From Alphaproteobacteria bacterium (lineage in GTDB: Bacteria > Pseudomonadota > Alphaproteobacteria > Rhizobiales > OSC116), in assembly GCA_002400495.2 (NCBI GenBank), contig NVQL02000054.1, positions 7,219 to 71,218 on the forward strand: a stretch of 64,000 nucleotides of DNA, given 5' to 3'. The notes under the pieces were generated by a model, which had not been told where the DNA came from, ran no database searches, and saw only the letters and a list, made by a program, of their open reading frames with translations. This document shows, one piece after another, positions 18,223 through 27,318 of the stretch. Every line of letters begins with the position of its first letter. Position 1 is the stretch's first letter. A program made the translations under genes and the position numbers.

Positions 18223-19176
18223 CTATTCTGCAACCGAGAATTTCTCGCGCTCCAAATAGGCGTAATATAATTGCGCCAACGCACAAGAGCAAAGCCGTGC
18301 ATGCAAATTATCCGCCCGACTGGTCAGAATAATCGGCACTTTAGCCCCCAAGGCAATACCCGCCGATTCCGCCCGCGCCAAATATTCAAGCTGCTTATAC
18401 AGCATATTGCCAGTCTCTAAATCAGGCACCAGTAAAATATCAGGGTCACCCGCCACAGGCGAGCTGATGCCCTTAATTCTAGCCGCTTCAGCCGATATAG
18501 CATTGTCAAACGCCAACGGCCCGTCAATAATCGCGCCTCTTATCTGCTTGCGATCCGCCATCTTGCACAAAGCCGCCGCATCAATGGTCGATGGAATGTT
18601 AGGGTTGACCATTTCAACCGCCGATAATATCGCCACCTTCGGCAATTTTATGCCTAACGCATGCGCCAATTCAATGGCATTTTGCAATATATCAGCCTTG
18701 GCTTTAAGGTCAGGCTCAATGTTAATCGCCGCGTCAGTGATAAAAATAAATTTATGATAATTCGGCGCGTCAATCACAAATGTATGGCTCAACCGCCGCT
18801 CAGTCCGAATGCCTTTAGCGCGGCTTAAAATCGGCCTCAACAATTCATCAGTGTGTATTGCACCTTTAACAATGCTTTTGGCCGCCCCCTCATGCACCAG
18901 CTCAACCGCCCGTTCAGCCGCCGCATGGCTATGCGGCACATCAAACAATTCAAAGCCCGAAATATCCTCACCAAGCTCATCAGCCGCAGCTTTTATTTTG
19001 GCCGCAGGCCCCACCAATAAAGGCGTCAGTAGCTCGGCCTTAGCCGCTTCAATCGCCCCACCCAACGAATAAATATCGGTAGGTTGCACAATCGCCGTGC
19101 GGCGCGGGCGCAAGCTTTTGGCTTGGTTTAAAATAGCTTCATACCGATTGGCCGATGGTTTTGGGTCATGCCGCAT
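18223..19176 (-). CDS. pta: phosphate acetyl/butyryl-transferase (PTA_PTB family, short form)
   Basis: ORF trimmed to MRHDPKP, with GGAG upstream. Also KGAIHTDELL, PDLETGNMLYK and VPIILTSRAD motifs. It sits immediately upstream of ackA. Confidence 0.8.
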   Translation of the reverse strand: MRHDPKPSANRYEAILNQAKSLRPRRTAIVQPTDIYSLGGAIEAAKAELLTPLLVGPAAKIKAAADELGEDISGFELFDVPHSHAAAERAVELVHEGAAKSIVKGAIHTDELLRPILSRAKGIRTERRLSHTFVIDAPNYHKFIFITDAAINIEPDLKAKADILQNAIELAHALGIKLPKVAILSAVEMVNPNIPSTIDAAALCKMADRKQIRGAIIDGPLAFDNAISAEAARIKGISSPVAGDPDILLVPDLETGNMLYKQLEYLARAESAGIALGAKVPIILTSRADNLHARLCSCALAQLYYAYLEREKFSVAE

Positions 19177-19317
19177 AATATGTCTCCGATCAATGATGAC
19201 TATCCCAAGTTTTACAAATTTATCAGCGAGCAGCAAGCGCTTTATCGCCAAAAACCACTTTTATTCTGTGACAAAACAGCCTATGATTAAAACCCTGTAA
19301 ATAAAGGGAAATGCATA

Positions 19318-20388
19318 ATGGCAACGTTCACAGTTAAAGATTTTGGCACATTAGAAAATGGTCAAAAAATTCAACATTTCACTCTAGATAGCGGCAATGG
19401 CTGCCAAGTCGGCATCAGTGAATATGGCGCCATCATCACCAGCGTAAAATATCCCGATAGCCAAGGCAAAATAGATGAAGTCAGCCTAGGTTTTGATAAT
19501 CTGCCAGATTATGTCAATAGCCAAGGCTCGTTCGGCACCACCGTTGGCCGCTATGCCAACCGCATTGGCGGCGCGCAATTTAAACTCAATGGCCAGATTT
19601 TCAAACTAGAGCCCAACGAAGGCAAAAACCAATTACATGGCGGCGCCAACGGCTTTGGCTTTCAACCATTTAAAGGCACAGAAGTTGCAGTCGATAACGC
19701 TGTAGCAGTCAAACTCGAACGCCTCAGCCTCGATGGCGAAGCTGGCTATCCTGGCGATTTAATCGTCGCCGTTACCTATGTGTTAAGCCATGACAATATA
19801 CTCACCATCACCTATGATGCCACCTCAAACCAAGATACCTATATCAACCTCACCAATCATGCCTATTTCAACCTAGATGGCATAGCCGATGATGGCTCAA
19901 GCTCAATACTCGACCATGAAATCACCTTAAACGGCAGCTTCATTGTGCCAATAGACGCAGAATCCATCCCAACAGGTGAAATAAGACCCGTCGACAACAC
20001 CCCGTTTGATTTACGCCAACCAACACTCATCCGCAAAGGCACAGAAAACCCCGATGCCGAAATGCGCCAAGTCAATAACGGCTATGACATCAACTATATT
20101 GTCGGCGCAGATGATGGCAAAATGAAACAACATGCCTATATAAAAGCCGCCCATTCTGGCCGCGCACTAAAAGTGGTCAGCACTCAACCCTGCGTGCAGT
20201 TTTACTCAGGCCCCCATCTAAGCAAAACCACTTTGCAAAACGGCAAAATAGTCAATAAATATGCTGGCTTTTGTTTAGAGGCGCAAGATTACCCCAATGG
20301 CCCAAACATCGCCCATTTCCCCACCAAACCATTGCGGGCGAACGATCAATATACCCAAGTGATTGAATATCATTTTATAACTGAATAA
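19318..20388 (+). CDS. galM: aldose 1-epimerase (galactose mutarotase)
   Basis: VSLGFDNL..YV, GRYANRI..A.F.L.G, NQLHGG, and 356 aa. Confidence 0.9.
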   Translation: MATFTVKDFGTLENGQKIQHFTLDSGNGCQVGISEYGAIITSVKYPDSQGKIDEVSLGFDNLPDYVNSQGSFGTTVGRYANRIGGAQFKLNGQIFKLEPNEGKNQLHGGANGFGFQPFKGTEVAVDNAVAVKLERLSLDGEAGYPGDLIVAVTYVLSHDNILTITYDATSNQDTYINLTNHAYFNLDGIADDGSSSILDHEITLNGSFIVPIDAESIPTGEIRPVDNTPFDLRQPTLIRKGTENPDAEMRQVNNGYDINYIVGADDGKMKQHAYIKAAHSGRALKVVSTQPCVQFYSGPHLSKTTLQNGKIVNKYAGFCLEAQDYPNGPNIAHFPTKPLRANDQYTQVIEYHFITE

Positions 20389-20460
20389 GCATAATCTCCT
20401 TTTTAAATAATCATAACTGAATCTGATTCAGCTCTTGACTCTTGCTTTCGATTCAAGTTA

Positions 20461-20475
20461 GAACAAAAAGAGAAC
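20461..20475 (+). promoter_or_regulatory. GAAC-N7-GAAC direct repeat (alphaproteobacterial LexA/SOS-box type) upstream of imuA
   Basis: gaacAAAAAGAgaac lies 24 nt upstream of the imuA ATG (20499) and 20 nt downstream of a TTGACT hexamer (20435..20440). Confidence 0.65.
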
Positions 20476-20498
20476 AAAGTCAAATAAAACGGAACAAC

Positions 20499-21086
20499 AT
20501 GCATTCAGTGTCGCAAAACAATATTATAAATCAGTTTCTATCCATCGGAAATCACGAGGTTTTTGGCGATTTTGCAACCTATTTTATCATGCTGCAATTA
20601 CAGCAAGCCAAACACCAAGTTATTTGGCTAAAAGGCCATAATGATGCCGATTATCTCTACCCCAATGCCTTGGTAAATTTGGGAGTGAACATAAAAAACA
20701 TCACTTTCATCACCTATCAAAACCAACAACAAGCCTTGTGGATTATGGAAGAGGCATTACGTTCTGGCGCACTCGGCACAGTGATCGCCGAAGGCTTAAA
20801 ACAGCCCAACCTGTTGCAAAGCAGGCGGCTAAATTTGGCCGCCCAAACAGGCCAAGCCAAAGCCTTTATGTTGTTGCACGGCACCTCACAAAACGCCAAC
20901 AGCGCCATGACCCGCTGGCAGGTGGATATATGCGCAGGGGCACAAAATCAATATCAAGTCAAACTTTTAAGAAGCCGTCAAAAAGGCTTCATTTCGGGAG
21001 AGGGCAATTGGATTATGGACATTAAACATGAAAAATTTCATCTCAATCTGGCTCCCACATTTGCAACTCAACAGCTTACAGCGTGA
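20499..21086 (+). CDS. imuA: ImuA-like SOS mutagenesis protein (RecA-fold, cell-division-inhibitor SulA-like)
   Basis: First gene of the imuA-imuB-dnaE2 order. The TTG-initiated ORF 20442 is trimmed to the ATG at 20499 because the upstream part covers the SOS box. ~195 aa, with the ...ALWIMEEALRSGALGTVIAE... motif. Confidence 0.7.
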   Translation: MHSVSQNNIINQFLSIGNHEVFGDFATYFIMLQLQQAKHQVIWLKGHNDADYLYPNALVNLGVNIKNITFITYQNQQQALWIMEEALRSGALGTVIAEGLKQPNLLQSRRLNLAAQTGQAKAFMLLHGTSQNANSAMTRWQVDICAGAQNQYQVKLLRSRQKGFISGEGNWIMDIKHEKFHLNLAPTFATQQLTA

Positions 21087-22512
21087 CAATGTCAATATAT
21101 GGGCCGATCAAGCCTGCGTCATCACGCAAAAAATTGGCAATAAAGACATCATCATCGATGCCAACCGCACAGCAGTGCATCACGGCATTGAAGCAGGGCA
21201 AAATCTCACCAGCGCTTTGGCGTGTTTTGACGGCTTAATTGTCCATCAGCATGATGATCAATTAACCAGCCAAACGCTTAAAAAACTAGCCCGCTATTGC
21301 CTTAAATACACCCCAAAAATCATGCAAGATGGCAGCAATCGTATATTGCTAGATGCCACAGGTTGCAGCCATTTATTCGGCGGGCGCAAGGCCATGCTGC
21401 AACATATTATAGATGATTTTTCAACCATGGGTTTCGAGGTAAAATTAGCCATGGCCGGCAACATGCGCGCCGCCCATGCACTCACTCACATTGCCCCGCT
21501 CGAAGGTTTTATTTGCCATCAAGATAAACAGGAAGAACGCGAACAATTGCTAAAACTTCCCGTCGAATATCTACACATAGATGATGAATTAATCACCCAA
21601 TTACAACGGCTAGGCCTGCGCACAATCCAACATCTTTTACCAATAAAATCCGCAGCTTTGGTCAAACGTTTCGGCCAAAACCTAATGCTGCATTTAAACC
21701 AAGCTTTAGGCCGCGAACCACAAGCCTTCATCGCTCTAAAATTCAGCCAAACCTACAGCGTCAAACGAATATTCTCCGAGCCAGTCATACTGACCGATTA
21801 TCTAGAGCATGAGCTAAAAATCCTACTAGAAAACCTACTCAAAATATTGGCGGCACAAGACAAAGCCCCACGCCAACTCACCCTCACCATCACCAGACCA
21901 GATCATAGCCAACAAAAAATCGAAATCGGCACCGCCCGCCCAGACCTTGAGTTGCAAAACCTATTCAAATTATTTGCCCTACATCTAGATCAACTAATCG
22001 CCGAATTCGGCATTGATAAAATGAGCCTAACCGCCAATCAAGTCGAACCATATCGCGCTAAAAACAACGACTACCTTGCTGATAAAAAAATCGAAAACAC
22101 CCCACTAAGTCATTTATTCGACCATATCGGCAACCGCATAGGCTTTGATAACATCATCACCTATCTGCCCGCCCAAAGCCACATCCCCGAACGCGCCTAC
22201 CAACGTTTCAAGCATGGCGCAGATACAAGCAATAAATCGTGGGCGGCGAATGATATAAAACGCCCAACACGCCTGCTCATACAACCATTCATATTATTCA
22301 ATTTCAACTTCGAGCAGTTCGAATATCAAGGCGAAACCCAACAAATTATTTGCAAAACAGGGCCAGAACGCATCTCGCCCGAATGGTGGTGGGACGACCC
22401 TCTATGGCAAGAAGGCGCACGTGATTATTGGTGGCTAGTCAGCCAAACAGGGCGTCAATTTTGGATATTCGTTACGCCGCAGAAACGATATTTCCTACAC
22501 GGTTTTTCATAA
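21028..22512 (+). CDS. imuB: ImuB, Y-family DNA polymerase-like protein
   Basis: N-terminus MKNFISIWLPHLQLNSLQRD is typical of ImuB. 494 aa, lying between imuA and dnaE2. It overlaps imuA by 59 nt. Confidence 0.85.
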   Translation: MKNFISIWLPHLQLNSLQRDNVNIWADQACVITQKIGNKDIIIDANRTAVHHGIEAGQNLTSALACFDGLIVHQHDDQLTSQTLKKLARYCLKYTPKIMQDGSNRILLDATGCSHLFGGRKAMLQHIIDDFSTMGFEVKLAMAGNMRAAHALTHIAPLEGFICHQDKQEEREQLLKLPVEYLHIDDELITQLQRLGLRTIQHLLPIKSAALVKRFGQNLMLHLNQALGREPQAFIALKFSQTYSVKRIFSEPVILTDYLEHELKILLENLLKILAAQDKAPRQLTLTITRPDHSQQKIEIGTARPDLELQNLFKLFALHLDQLIAEFGIDKMSLTANQVEPYRAKNNDYLADKKIENTPLSHLFDHIGNRIGFDNIITYLPAQSHIPERAYQRFKHGADTSNKSWAANDIKRPTRLLIQPFILFNFNFEQFEYQGETQQIICKTGPERISPEWWWDDPLWQEGARDYWWLVSQTGRQFWIFVTPQKRYFLHGFS

Positions 22513-22521
22513 GGGATTTTC

Positions 22522-25500
22522 ATGACCTATTATGCCGAACTACAAATCCTATCAGCCTTTAGCTTTCTAGAAGGCGCCAGTCAAGCCGACGAGCTGGTCG
22601 CCGCCGCCTGCGCCTTGGGTCACAACGCCATTTCAATCGCCGACCGCAATACATTAGCTGGCGTGGTGCGCATGCACGCCGCCGTTAAACACGCCAAACG
22701 CCAAGGCTTCGATATCGAGCTTCTCGTCGGCGCAAGGCTCGACCTAATCGATGGCCAAAGCTTACTTTGCTACCCCACAGATCGCGCCGCCTATGGCCGC
22801 CTGTCACGCCTCATATCACTAGGCCGCCGCCGCGCCGAAAAAGGCCAATGCAAAATCAGCATCAAAGACGTGATAGATTATAGCCAAGGCCAAATTTTCA
22901 TCTATCTCCCCCCCAACATCTTGCCCCAAGATTTCCAAACCCAAATAAAAATATACAAAAAACACTTCCCGCAATTCTATGTCGCACTCACTCATTCCTA
23001 TAAAGGCGATGATGCCAAACGCATGCAAAAAATCGCCGATATTTGCAAGCGCCTAACCATAGACATCGTCGCCACCAATAATGTCATCATGCACGATAAA
23101 TCCCGCAAGCCTTTGGCCGATATCCTCACCTGTATGCGCGAAAAAATCATCATCGAGCAAATCGGCAAACGCGCCCTAATCAACGGCGAAGCCTGCCTAA
23201 AAACCCCAGAATTAATGCATAAAATTTTCAAAAACCACCCCATTGCCCTCAATAACATCCAAAAAATCACCAATCAAATCAGCTTCAACCTCAACCAACT
23301 TTCCTATGAATATCCCAAAGAAGTCTCCCCCAATGGCCGCACCGCCTATGATGAACTAATCTACCTCATCGGCCAAGAAAGCAAAAAACGCTATCCCTAT
23401 GGCCAACCCAAAAAAGTCGAAAGCCTAGTCGCGCATGAATTAAACATCATAAAAATAAAAAACATCTCCCCCTATTTCCTAACCGTATTTGACATTGTAC
23501 GCTTCGCCCGCAGCCAAGATATCCTGTGCCAAGGCCGCGGTTCAGCCGCCAATAGCGCCATCTGCTATATTCTAGGCATCACCGCCGTCCCGCCCGAAAG
23601 TAGCGAAATGCTGTTCGAGCGTTTCGTCTCGCTAGATCGCGATGAACCACCCGATATTGATGTCGATTTCGAACATGAAAGACGCGAAGAAGTCATCCAA
23701 TATATTTACCAAAAATACGGCCGTGACCGCGCAGGCATCACCGCCACCGTCACCCATTTCCGCTTCAAAGGCGCGATGCGTGAGGTCAGCAAAGCCATGG
23801 GCATGTCCGAAGATATGATAGACCGCCTAACCTCACAAAAATTCCACTGGTCGAGTGAAAAAATAGAAGCCGAAGAGGTCAAGCAAGCGGGCTTTAACCC
23901 CAATGACAAACGCCTACGCCAAACATTAGATCTTGCCCACGAGCTAAACGGTTTCCCGCGTCATCTAGGCCAACATGTCGGCGGCTTCGTCATCACCGCA
24001 GGCAGATTAGATGAATTAGTCCCCATCGAAAACGCCCGCATGGAAGACCGAAGCATCATCGAATGGGATAAAAACGACATTGATGAATTGGGCATTCTAA
24101 AAGTCGATGTTTTAGGCTTAGGCATGCTGACCTGCATCCGCAAAGCCTTCGATTTAATCAACATGCATTATGGCAAAAAATTCAACCTCGCCAGCGTCCC
24201 CAAAGATGATCCTACGGTCTACGATATGCTGTGCGAAGGCGATAGCGTCGGCGTCTTCCAAGTCGAAAGCCGCGCCCAAATGGCTTTTTTGCCACGCATG
24301 AAACCACGCACCTATTATGATTTAGTTATCGAAGTCGCAATCGTCCGCCCTGGCCCAATTCAAGGCGGCATGGTGCACCCCTATATCAGACGCCGCAATG
24401 GCGAAGAAAAAGTCGAATATCCCTCACCAGAACTAGAAAAAGTTCTAAAACGCACCTTAGGCGTGCCACTTTTCCAAGAACAAGCCATGAAAATGGCCGA
24501 GGTCGCAGCAGGCTTCACTCCCTCCGAAGCCGATGGCCTGCGCCGCTCCATGGCAACTTTCAAACATTCAGGCACAATCTCAAGCTATAAAGATAAATTC
24601 ATCAGCGGCATGCTAAAAAATGGTTATGACGAAGAATTCGCCGAACGCTGCTTCAAACAAATCGAAGGTTTTGGCGATTACGGCTTCCCCGAAAGCCACG
24701 CCGCCAGCTTCGCCATTCTAGTTTATATCAGCGCATGGATAAAATGCCACTATCCCGATATTTTCGCCTGCGCCATCCTAAATTCACAACCTATGGGCTT
24801 CTACGCCCCCGCCCAATTGGTGCGCGATGCCCGCGATCATCAGGTAGAAATCCGCCCACCAGACGTCAATTATTCAATGTGGGATAACAGCCTAGAAGCC
24901 ATGACCCACAAAAAAACCACTCAATATGCCCATATAAATTATGCCCTACGCATTGGCCTACGCCAAATAAAAGGCATAAAACAGGTCGATGCACAATGGC
25001 TAGTCGCCGCCAGAAATAACGGCTATGTCGAACCCAAAGACATTTGGCGCCGCGCCAATATATCGCCTAAAGCATTAGAAAAACTCGCCAATGCCGATGC
25101 CTTCGGCTCCATGAATCTCAAACGACGCGACGTAATTTGGCAACTAAAAGGCATAAAAGGCCTAGCGCCACTCCCACTCTTCGCCGCCCGTGATGAAGAT
25201 GATAACGTCCCCGAAAGCCTAGATGATCTAAAATTCCTACCCGATATGACCGCCGCCCAACATATTGTCGAAGACTACGCCTCAACAGGCCTATCACTCA
25301 AAGGCCACCCGATGAAAATATTGCGCCCCGTCACAGGCGGTGAATTCCACAACACACTCATCACCCGCAGCCTCAGCAAACCCATCACCGTCACAGGCAT
25401 TGTCATGGCACGCCAACGCCCAGGCACCGCCAAAGGCGTATGCTTCATCACGTTAGAAGATGACACAGGCACCGCCAACATCATCACATGGCCAAAAATA

Positions 25501-25752
25501 TTCGAAAAATACAAACGCGAAGTGTTTTTCTCACGCCTCATGCGGGTCAAAGGTGTGCTAGAGCGCGAAGGCATTGTCGCCCACATCATCGCTTACGAGA
25601 TAGAAGACCTATCGCACCTACTAGATTATATGCGCCTACCCAATTTCCCCAACCAAAACCAAATAAACAAGGGCGGCACAGTGCCACAACCAACACCAAA
25701 CCACCCCCGCCAATTCTCAAGACGCCTATTCCCCTCAAGGGATTTCCACTAG
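22522..25752 (+). CDS. dnaE2: error-prone DNA polymerase III alpha subunit DnaE2
   Basis: 1076 aa. PHP domain (YAELQILSAFSFLEGAS), Pol III alpha core (PDIDVDFEH, GLLKxDxLGL-like ILKVDVLGLGMLT), and a C-terminal OB fold. Confidence 0.95.
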   Translation: MTYYAELQILSAFSFLEGASQADELVAAACALGHNAISIADRNTLAGVVRMHAAVKHAKRQGFDIELLVGARLDLIDGQSLLCYPTDRAAYGRLSRLISLGRRRAEKGQCKISIKDVIDYSQGQIFIYLPPNILPQDFQTQIKIYKKHFPQFYVALTHSYKGDDAKRMQKIADICKRLTIDIVATNNVIMHDKSRKPLADILTCMREKIIIEQIGKRALINGEACLKTPELMHKIFKNHPIALNNIQKITNQISFNLNQLSYEYPKEVSPNGRTAYDELIYLIGQESKKRYPYGQPKKVESLVAHELNIIKIKNISPYFLTVFDIVRFARSQDILCQGRGSAANSAICYILGITAVPPESSEMLFERFVSLDRDEPPDIDVDFEHERREEVIQYIYQKYGRDRAGITATVTHFRFKGAMREVSKAMGMSEDMIDRLTSQKFHWSSEKIEAEEVKQAGFNPNDKRLRQTLDLAHELNGFPRHLGQHVGGFVITAGRLDELVPIENARMEDRSIIEWDKNDIDELGILKVDVLGLGMLTCIRKAFDLINMHYGKKFNLASVPKDDPTVYDMLCEGDSVGVFQVESRAQMAFLPRMKPRTYYDLVIEVAIVRPGPIQGGMVHPYIRRRNGEEKVEYPSPELEKVLKRTLGVPLFQEQAMKMAEVAAGFTPSEADGLRRSMATFKHSGTISSYKDKFISGMLKNGYDEEFAERCFKQIEGFGDYGFPESHAASFAILVYISAWIKCHYPDIFACAILNSQPMGFYAPAQLVRDARDHQVEIRPPDVNYSMWDNSLEAMTHKKTTQYAHINYALRIGLRQIKGIKQVDAQWLVAARNNGYVEPKDIWRRANISPKALEKLANADAFGSMNLKRRDVIWQLKGIKGLAPLPLFAARDEDDNVPESLDDLKFLPDMTAAQHIVEDYASTGLSLKGHPMKILRPVTGGEFHNTLITRSLSKPITVTGIVMARQRPGTAKGVCFITLEDDTGTANIITWPKIFEKYKREVFFSRLMRVKGVLEREGIVAHIIAYEIEDLSHLLDYMRLPNFPNQNQINKGGTVPQPTPNHPRQFSRRLFPSRDFH

Positions 25753-26639
25753 CCGCTTATATATTTCCGCCAGTTATGCTGCTCTTTAAATCCAAGCATG
25801 TCTTTAATCTTACGGTTAGAAAACAAAGCCTCATACTCGCCCAATTCCTGCGTGATCGGCACATTCGGGTAAAACCGCTCAATAAGTTCCGCAGTCGGCA
25901 AAACCGCACCATTCGTATCATTACCCGCATTAAACACCTGATAACCAAGCCCATCAGTTTTACAACATAGATCAGCAATCTGCCCCAAATCCCGCGCATC
26001 CACATAACTAAATGCATTACGGCGGCGCACTTCAGGATTAGCAAAATAACCTGGAAACAAAGTCTCATATTCATGCGGCTCAATCACATTGCCAATCCGC
26101 AAGCAATAAATATCATTGCCAAACCGCCGCTGAAACGAGCGCGCAGTCTTCTCATTCACCACTTTCGATAGGCCATAGCTATCCATCGGGTCAACATCAT
26201 AATCTTCAAGCTGAGGCAGGCTACCAGGGTCAACTTCCCCGTCAGAAAAACACACACCATAAGTGGTTTCAGATGACGCAATGATAATCTTCGGAATGCC
26301 CAATTTGCAAGCCGCTTCAATCACATTATATGTACCCATCGTATTAATGCGGAAACACTCATTGTCCGAATTAATCAAAATCCGCGGCACCGCCGCAAAA
26401 TGCACCACAGCATCAAATTTCGGCACGCCAGTGCCGGGTTCTAATTCTTCAAACCCACCATAGCCGCTTAAAATATTAAACATTTGGCCAGAATCCGTAA
26501 TGTCAGCAATCATGTCATGAACATCAGGGTTGCCAAGCGGCACTCTATCCAAATTCACCACTTTATGACCTTGCGCAACAAGGTATGCCACTGCATGTCT
26601 ACCTGCTTTGCCCGCACCACCAGTAAATAATATTCTCAT
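25749..26639 (-). CDS. NAD-dependent epimerase/dehydratase family protein
   Basis: ORF trimmed to MRILFTGGAGKAGRH (Rossmann GxxGxxG). Its stop overlaps the dnaE2 stop by 4 nt in convergent orientation. Confidence 0.8.
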   Translation of the reverse strand: MRILFTGGAGKAGRHAVAYLVAQGHKVVNLDRVPLGNPDVHDMIADITDSGQMFNILSGYGGFEELEPGTGVPKFDAVVHFAAVPRILINSDNECFRINTMGTYNVIEAACKLGIPKIIIASSETTYGVCFSDGEVDPGSLPQLEDYDVDPMDSYGLSKVVNEKTARSFQRRFGNDIYCLRIGNVIEPHEYETLFPGYFANPEVRRRNAFSYVDARDLGQIADLCCKTDGLGYQVFNAGNDTNGAVLPTAELIERFYPNVPITQELGEYEALFSNRKIKDMLGFKEQHNWRKYISG

Positions 26640-26846
26640 AAAAAGCTCCCAAAGATTTAAAATTGAATTAACGTTAACTAACATGCTATGACTTAAAATC
26701 AAAATGATTGTTGATTTTAGCTTAAACAAATAGGCTGCACAAAAAAAAGACACAAAATAAATTTAAATATGGGGGAATAAAATTGAATGTCAGGTGTCTT
26801 ACCTATTAAGCGACTAAAATAAGCTCACTATTTAAAAGGCAATATA

Positions 26847-27314
26847 ATGAATAAATTGGCAAAAATCCTACTCATTTCAACCGCAATCTGGCTTCCGCAA
26901 ATTGCCGAAGCCCGCAATGTAACATTCGATTTAACCGTTAAATCCTACACAGGCCCAGGCGCTTATGTGGTGGTTTACATCACGCGGCCCGACAATCAAT
27001 TACACTCAACCATCTGGCTCAACTCAAAAGAAGAAAAATATTTACCCGCTCTAATGGGTTGGCATCGCCATGCATTGCGCCAAGGCGTGCGCGTTGATGG
27101 CTTTTCAGGCGCTAGCTTAGGTGCAGGCAAATCAGCCAAATTTAGCGTCAACATTCCCGAGTCATTAATTGATACAGGCTATAAAATTCAAGTCGATGCC
27201 GCCGCCGAAGATCAAGGCATAGCCGCCAAAGACATCAACATCCCACTCACCAGCGCAAACGCCAATACCACAGGCAAACGCGGCTTCATCACCGCCTTCA
27301 GCATGAAAATGTAA
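26847..27314 (+). CDS. periplasmic DUF2271-type protein carrying an ApbE flavinylation motif
   Basis: Signal peptide MNKLAKILLISTAIWLPQIAEA. Motif D84-G-F-S-G-A-S90 (nt 27096..27116) matches Dxx[ST]GA[ST]. Confidence 0.65.
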   Translation: MNKLAKILLISTAIWLPQIAEARNVTFDLTVKSYTGPGAYVVVYITRPDNQLHSTIWLNSKEEKYLPALMGWHRHALRQGVRVDGFSGASLGAGKSAKFSVNIPESLIDTGYKIQVDAAAEDQGIAAKDINIPLTSANANTTGKRGFITAFSMKM

Positions 27315-27318
27315 AACA

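Noticed and set aside
20417-20431. CTGAATCTGATTCAG as a gammaproteobacterial CTGT-N8-ACAG SOS box.
   Set aside because: The CTG..CAG spacing is 9 nt rather than 10, and the T and A of CTGT/ACAG are missing. The GAAC-N7-GAAC repeat 30 nt downstream fits the alpha-type box exactly.
25749-25752. 4-nt convergent stop-codon overlap of dnaE2 and the epimerase gene (CTAG), with no terminator between them.
   Set aside because: This is real but common in compact genomes. No further signal was seen.
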